64,000 bases of DNA from Candidatus Eiseniibacteriota bacterium (GTDB lineage Bacteria > Eisenbacteria > RBG-16-71-46 > CAZAMP01). A program made the position numbers and the translations under genes. The notes below the pieces were generated by a model. It searched no databases and was not told the origin of the DNA. It saw only the letters and a list, made by a program, of their open reading frames with translations. The stretch spans positions 256,001-320,000 of the forward strand of contig OZ245046.1 of assembly GCA_965224245.1 (NCBI GenBank), given 5' to 3'. Positions 59,342-64,000 of this stretch are shown here, in pieces (the first letter of the stretch is position 1; the number at the start of each line of letters is the position of its first letter).

Positions 59342-60946
59342 GTGTTGGATTCACCGTGGATCGGGAGTACTCGGCTGGTCGCGTACGCATGGCTGACCGT
59401 CACGTGGTGTATCGGTCCCGTCGCTCACGCCGTTCCATGTGAGGCCCCCGACAACGGTGCGGGCACGGTCGATCTTCCGGTCGCGGGCTGCGGCTACCTC
59501 TCACCGGACGACGTGCATCTCGTCGTCGATGGCCTGCCGGCGGACACCGAGATCCTGGCGAAGACCGAGTGCGCCAAGTTCTTCAACGTCGAGGTCATGC
59601 CCGGGGGATCGCTCGAGGGGGAGATCGCGAGCTTCGACGCATACCTGTTCCTGGACATGACCGGGACCGGCGAGCTGACGGGCTTCGACAAGTTCCTCGC
59701 CGTACCGATCCACTGCGAGGTGCACACCGGGCCGCGCACGCCCGGCGACCCCGTCCAGCGTTTTCCCGGCGACGTCCACATCCTCGAGGGGGAGATCTTC
59801 GGCGATCCCGACTTCGAGCTTCTCTCCATCCATGCCGGAACCGATTTCGGCATGCCGAGCCCCGGCGAGACGACGCTGACCCGTCTCCCCGACGGCAACT
59901 GGAACGTCGACAGCTTCTTCGACATCGCCTACCGCATCGAGTTCGTGGGCGCGCGCGGCAGCATGCTCGACGGCCTCTCCGGCATCACGACCGCGTCGTC
60001 GGCGATGCAAGGTGGCGAGCCGGCGACCGTCGACGAACCGTGCATGCAGCCGGACGACGGAACGGGGACCGTGGTGCTGCCCCCCCGAGACTGCAACTAC
60101 CTCGCGCCGCACGAGATCGCGCTGTCGATCGACGGGCTTCCCCCGGAGACCTCGATATGGGTCCATCCGACCTGCAACCGCTTCATCGACGTCGTCGCCG
60201 AGCCCGGGGGGTCGCTCGGCGGAGAGATCCAGATGTTCGACGCGTCGCTCGCGCTGATGATGCAGGGCACCGGTGAGCTGGAGGGCTTCTCGAGGAGCCT
60301 GATCGTGCCGGTCGCCTGCGAGACGAACACCGGTCCCCGCGACCCGAGCAAGCCGGTTCAGCTGTTCGCGAGCGAGCTGATGCAGATGCAAGGGATGATC
60401 ACCGGTGATCCGGACTTCGAGCTTCTCCAGATCGTGGCGGGCACGGACGCCGGGCTTCCCAGCCCCGGTGCCACCCAGCTCACGCAGTCGCCGACGGGCG
60501 GCGACTGGACCGTCGACAGCTTCTTCGACATCGCCTATCGCATCGACTTCGTGGGTGCACCCGGAAGCGTGCTCGAGGACCTGTCGGGCTCGACGGTCGG
60601 AGCGGTTCGCATGGGCACCGGTGACGAGACCGCCGTCGCGACCGCGGAGATCGGGCCGCCGATCCCGGGCGCCCGTCTGGAAGCGGCTCGACCGAACCCG
60701 TTCAGTCCGACGACGAGCCTTCCCTTCGTCCTCGATCGGGCCGGTCTCGTCGAGATCCGCATCTACGACGTCGCCGGTCGCCGGGTGCGGAGCCTCGTGA
60801 ACGAGGACCTCGACGCCGGACGACACGAGGTGAGCTGGAACGGGCGGGACGCCGGGGGCAATCTCGTCGGGCTCGGGACGTACTTCTACGAGCTGCGTGT
60901 CGACGGCGGCGTCATCGCCGCACGCCGGGCCGTGATGCTGCAGTGA
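59342..60946 (+). CDS. secreted protein with two tandem VDSFFDI domains and C-terminal sorting domain
   Basis: RBS GGAGG + GTG; two 201-aa units starting at 59435 and 60038; RPNPF..YDVAGRRVR..GTYFYEL. Confidence 0.85.
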   Translation: MLDSPWIGSTRLVAYAWLTVTWCIGPVAHAVPCEAPDNGAGTVDLPVAGCGYLSPDDVHLVVDGLPADTEILAKTECAKFFNVEVMPGGSLEGEIASFDAYLFLDMTGTGELTGFDKFLAVPIHCEVHTGPRTPGDPVQRFPGDVHILEGEIFGDPDFELLSIHAGTDFGMPSPGETTLTRLPDGNWNVDSFFDIAYRIEFVGARGSMLDGLSGITTASSAMQGGEPATVDEPCMQPDDGTGTVVLPPRDCNYLAPHEIALSIDGLPPETSIWVHPTCNRFIDVVAEPGGSLGGEIQMFDASLALMMQGTGELEGFSRSLIVPVACETNTGPRDPSKPVQLFASELMQMQGMITGDPDFELLQIVAGTDAGLPSPGATQLTQSPTGGDWTVDSFFDIAYRIDFVGAPGSVLEDLSGSTVGAVRMGTGDETAVATAEIGPPIPGARLEAARPNPFSPTTSLPFVLDRAGLVEIRIYDVAGRRVRSLVNEDLDAGRHEVSWNGRDAGGNLVGLGTYFYELRVDGGVIAARRAVMLQ

Positions 60947-61023
60947 CGTGGACGTGACACACACGCTTTGACGCGGGTGAGAACGGGTCGGCGGGGAGGC
61001 GTCGTATCGCCCCCCGGGCAGGT

Positions 61024-61536
61024 TCAGCCGTGGTCTTGACCCAGCGTCTTGCGAAGTCGGGCCAGTGCTCGCCTGAGTCGTGTGAGCGCCCCCTTCCCGA
61101 GCGCCCGTTCGAGCTCGGCCGTCGTCTCCTGAATCGCGTGAAGGCCTGCCTCGAGTCCCTTCAGGCCTTCTGGCGTGTAGCGGACGATCCGGGCCCGTGA
61201 GTCCAGGGGATCGACGTCCACACGGACGATCCCCCTCGTTACGAGCTCGCCGACGATCGATCCGATGTACTGCTTGGAGACCCCGACGCGGCGAGCGAGC
61301 TCGCCCATTCGTGTGCCCGGCAGGTCCAGACTGCGGAGTGTGGCCACGTACACCGCCGGCAACGCGTCGATCCATCCCTGCTCGATGAGGTGCCGGCGGA
61401 TCCGGGCCTCGAACGCCTCGAACGTCGCGAGGAGCTCGCGTCCGAGGTTGTCTTGCCGGAGACGGGTCAGCTCGTCCGGCAGCTCGAGTGTCGATGCGCC
61501 GTGCGGCGCGTTCCCGACGGGTCGTTTCCTGTTCAC
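61024..61536 (-). CDS. MarR family transcriptional regulator
   Basis: GTRMGELARRVGVSKQYIGSIVGELVTRGIV..DPLDSRARIVRYT; GTG start at 61536 is uncertain. Confidence 0.9.
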   Translation of the reverse strand: MNRKRPVGNAPHGASTLELPDELTRLRQDNLGRELLATFEAFEARIRRHLIEQGWIDALPAVYVATLRSLDLPGTRMGELARRVGVSKQYIGSIVGELVTRGIVRVDVDPLDSRARIVRYTPEGLKGLEAGLHAIQETTAELERALGKGALTRLRRALARLRKTLGQDHG

Positions 61537-61537
61537 G

Positions 61538-61592
61538 TTGACACGATAGTACGCTGATCGTACCATGTCGATAGTACAGTGATCGTACTATC
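61538..61592 (+). promoter_or_regulatory. sigma70 promoter overlapped by two tandem palindromic operators
   Basis: TTGACA (61538-43) N17 TACCAT (61561-66); GATAGTAC-N7-GTACCATG (61545-67) and GATAGTAC-N7-GTACTATC (61570-92). Confidence 0.85.
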
Positions 61593-61602
61593 TGGAGGTG
61601 AG

Positions 61603-62946
61603 ATGTTCGGGATCGACCGCGCCCTCCGGCGTGAACCGCGACGCGGGGCGTCCGCCTGGTTTCGGTTCGCCGCGTTCGCCGTGCTGCTCCTTCCGCCGGT
61701 GGCGTGCTCCTCGCCGGTCCCGCGCGGCGCGGAGACCCATCAGCTGGAGGCAGGTGGACGATCGCGTCGTTACCACGTCGTGGGTGCGCGGGTCCGTGCC
61801 GGAGTACCCGACGGTGGGCGGCCCATCATCATCATGCTTCACGGATTCCGGCAAACACCAAGGGACCTGCAGGAGCTGGCCGATCTGGAGCGCGTCCACG
61901 GCGCCGGCGAGGCGATTCTCGTGTACCCCGAGGGTGTCGAGCGGAGCTGGAACGATGGGGACGACAGCAAGCCCGCCACCACGAAGGGAGTGGATGATCT
62001 GGCATTCCTCACGGCGCTGCTCGACGATCTCGGATCGCGCCAGTCGATCGACGAGGATCGGATCTACGCCGTTGGGTTCTCGAACGGTGGGTTCTTCCTG
62101 CTACGAAACGTCTGCATGCTCTCCGAACGACTCGCCGCGATCGCCGTGGTTGCCGCCGGTGCGTACCCTCGCATGGACACGTACTGCGGCGGATACCGCA
62201 CGGTTGCCACGATGGTGGTCCTCGGTACCGAGGACCCCCTCACGCGATGGGACGGGTGGAACGGTGACCCGCGGCGCCCGTCGGCCACCGGCTACGTCCT
62301 CTCGCGTCTGAACGCGTGCGCGCCCGCGCCGGACACCTTGGACGTTCCGGACATGGCCGACGACGGCACGCGTGTTCGGATCCTCCGCTACACCGGCTGC
62401 CGTGACGAATCCCAGATCGTGTTTGCTCAAGTCGACGGTGGCGGACACGCCTGGCCGGGCGGGCGCGCGTACCTGCCTGCGGCCTTGATCGGGGCCACGT
62501 CTCGCGACTGGGATGCGAGTACGGCCATTGCGGACTTCTTCGAGCAGCATCGGCGTCGTGTTCCGAGCGCGTCACTGTCGGACACGTTGCGGGACGCGCT
62601 CGCGGAGGGGGCCGAGCTTCGGGCCCGGCTCACGACCTGGCTGGAGACACCTGGCCGCGATCACGTGCGCGTGGAATGGGAGATCAACCGGCTCGGCTAC
62701 TCGCTCCTTCGCGAGCAGCGAGCGTCGGATGCCGTCGACGTGTTTCGTCTGGGCAGAGAGCTCTTCCCCGGGTCGTTCAACGTGCACGACAGCCTCGGAG
62801 AAGCACTGGCCGTCGCGGGACGAGCCGAAGAAGCGATCGCCAGCTACCGGCGATCGCTCGAGATCGAACCCGGTAACACGAATGCGGCCGAGCAGATCGC
62901 TCGCCTGCAAGAGATCGGGTCCACGCCGTCCTCGGACGGCCCATGA
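61603..62946 (+). CDS. LpqP/PHB depolymerase-like esterase lipoprotein with C-terminal TPR
   Basis: IIMLHG, LVYPEG..WN, VDDLAFL, GFSNGG, GGGHAWPG; INRLGY..NVHDSLGEA TPR; RBS GGAGGT. Confidence 0.9.
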   Translation: MFGIDRALRREPRRGASAWFRFAAFAVLLLPPVACSSPVPRGAETHQLEAGGRSRRYHVVGARVRAGVPDGGRPIIIMLHGFRQTPRDLQELADLERVHGAGEAILVYPEGVERSWNDGDDSKPATTKGVDDLAFLTALLDDLGSRQSIDEDRIYAVGFSNGGFFLLRNVCMLSERLAAIAVVAAGAYPRMDTYCGGYRTVATMVVLGTEDPLTRWDGWNGDPRRPSATGYVLSRLNACAPAPDTLDVPDMADDGTRVRILRYTGCRDESQIVFAQVDGGGHAWPGGRAYLPAALIGATSRDWDASTAIADFFEQHRRRVPSASLSDTLRDALAEGAELRARLTTWLETPGRDHVRVEWEINRLGYSLLREQRASDAVDVFRLGRELFPGSFNVHDSLGEALAVAGRAEEAIASYRRSLEIEPGNTNAAEQIARLQEIGSTPSSDGP

Positions 62947-62959
62947 ACGGGTGGGATCG

Positions 62960-63325
62960 ATGCGCATGAAGCAGCTCGTGGAGACGTGGTTCGCGTCATG
63001 GGAGGCGGGAGACGTGCAGGAGATCCCGGTCGATCCGGACTTCCGGCACGTGAGCCCCTACGGAACGATCGAGGGGAGGGACGCGTACCTCTCGCTCGTC
63101 GAGGCCAACCTCGACAGCTTCCTGGGGCATCGGTTCGAGATCCGCGATGCGTTGTATGAGTCCGACCGGGCCTGCGTCCGGTACACCACGTCCAAGGGGG
63201 ACTGGTCGATGGAAGTGGCCGAGTGGTTCTACCTCGGCCACGACCGGATCGGCGAGATCGTGTCCTACTACAACGTGGGACGCGCCAGCTACGCGGAATC
63301 GTTCGACCGGCCCCCCGATCGGTGA
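62960..63325 (+). CDS. SnoaL/NTF2-like protein
   Basis: KQLVETWFASWEAGD..DFRHVSPYGTIEGRDAYL..IGEIVSYY. Confidence 0.8.
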   Translation: MRMKQLVETWFASWEAGDVQEIPVDPDFRHVSPYGTIEGRDAYLSLVEANLDSFLGHRFEIRDALYESDRACVRYTTSKGDWSMEVAEWFYLGHDRIGEIVSYYNVGRASYAESFDRPPDR

Positions 63326-63377
63326 GACGGCCGATGCTCGTCGTCGGGGCGGCCGGACGCGATGCCGTCGCGGGACC

Positions 63378-63932
63378 CTATCGACGTCGAAGCGACGACT
63401 CGGCGTCGATCAGCAATGCCTTTAACGTCGCAAAGCTGTCCGCGTCCCCGAGCGAGTGCTCGGTGAGATTGTAGGTGGCCACCGGCCGGTTCTCCCCATC
63501 CAGCACCAGCACGTCGCGGTATTCGATCGGCCAGACCGACCACACGTCCTCCTCGGGAACGTCCTGGAGCCACGGGAGCGTGCGCCCGTTGCACATCTCC
63601 TCGTTCCCCGACTCGAGACCGATTCCATTGATCCCCAGAATGTTGATCTCGTCGTGCCCCTCGGACGCGAGCTCCGCCTGCATCGTGTTCAGGTAGCCGA
63701 ACTGGCTACGACAGTAGCCTCACGTGGCGTGCCCGAAGTACCAGGCCGACACGCGGCCCTCGAACGTGCGCGGAGACACGGACTCGTCGTGAGTGGCCGA
63801 GTTGGGGTTCACGTCGGTCAGCGAGAAGTCGGAGACGACCTCGGCGCCGCCGGTGTCCCCGGTAGGGTCGGCAGGCGCCTTCTGCTCGTCCGAACACCCG
63901 AGCGTCGCGACGAGCGCGAGCGTCGAGATCAC
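63378..63932 (-). CDS. thioredoxin-fold (AhpC/TSA/redoxin-like) lipoprotein, probable selenoprotein with UxxC (Sec TGA at 63720-63722)
   Basis: ORFs 63720-63932 and 63378-63683 join in frame: DFSLTDVNPNS..WYFGHAT-U-GYCRSQFGYLNTMQAEL..ILGIN..LPWLQD; lipobox TLGC; frame stays open to the window end, so the true start may lie upstream. Confidence 0.88.
63693..63709 (-). promoter_or_regulatory. putative bacterial SECIS hairpin of the redoxin gene
   Basis: GTAGCC-AGTTC-GGCTAC beginning 10 nt after the in-frame TGA. Confidence 0.75.
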
Positions 63933-64000
63933 GGAGATCGGGGCGAAGGACCGAGGCGCGTCGATCCGGCGATGCCGGAGGCGACGAGCACGACGTCGAA

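Noticed and set aside
1-64000. Genome-wide TGA reassignment (code 4 or 25) as explanation for the in-frame TGAs
   Set aside because: Many genes end cleanly at TGA, often in ATGA/GTGA overlaps, and Trp uses TGG; read-through is only indicated at three Cys-equivalent sites with hairpins.

Overview
GC-rich bacterial chromosomal window with about 43 CDS; no rRNA, tRNA, CRISPR array or transposase was recognised. Eight secreted proteins share a C-terminal FlgD-Ig/T9SS-like sorting domain. Together with the ECF-kinase pairs this suggests an FCB-associated lineage such as Eisenbacteria, Latescibacterota or Krumholzibacteriota (inference only). The main hidden signal is three genes split by an in-frame TGA that sits at a conserved catalytic Cys position and is followed by a SECIS-like hairpin, so they are probable selenoproteins: a Cys-free AhpD-like protein (2696-3274, minus), a Cys-free ArsM-like methyltransferase (51529-52320, plus) and a UxxC thioredoxin-fold lipoprotein (63378-63932, minus). 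Other notable content: three ECF43-type sigma factor + Ser/Thr kinase modules (one with an inserted STAS gene, one with a STAND-NTPase/TPR kinase), a REC-Grx-TrxR fusion coupled to a pseudo-REC/PAS/PAS histidine kinase, TetR-ric and MarR-esterase loci with readable promoters and operators, a 9 x 231-bp repeat adhesin, an octaheme cytochrome c, and two single-base frameshifts that may be assembly errors.
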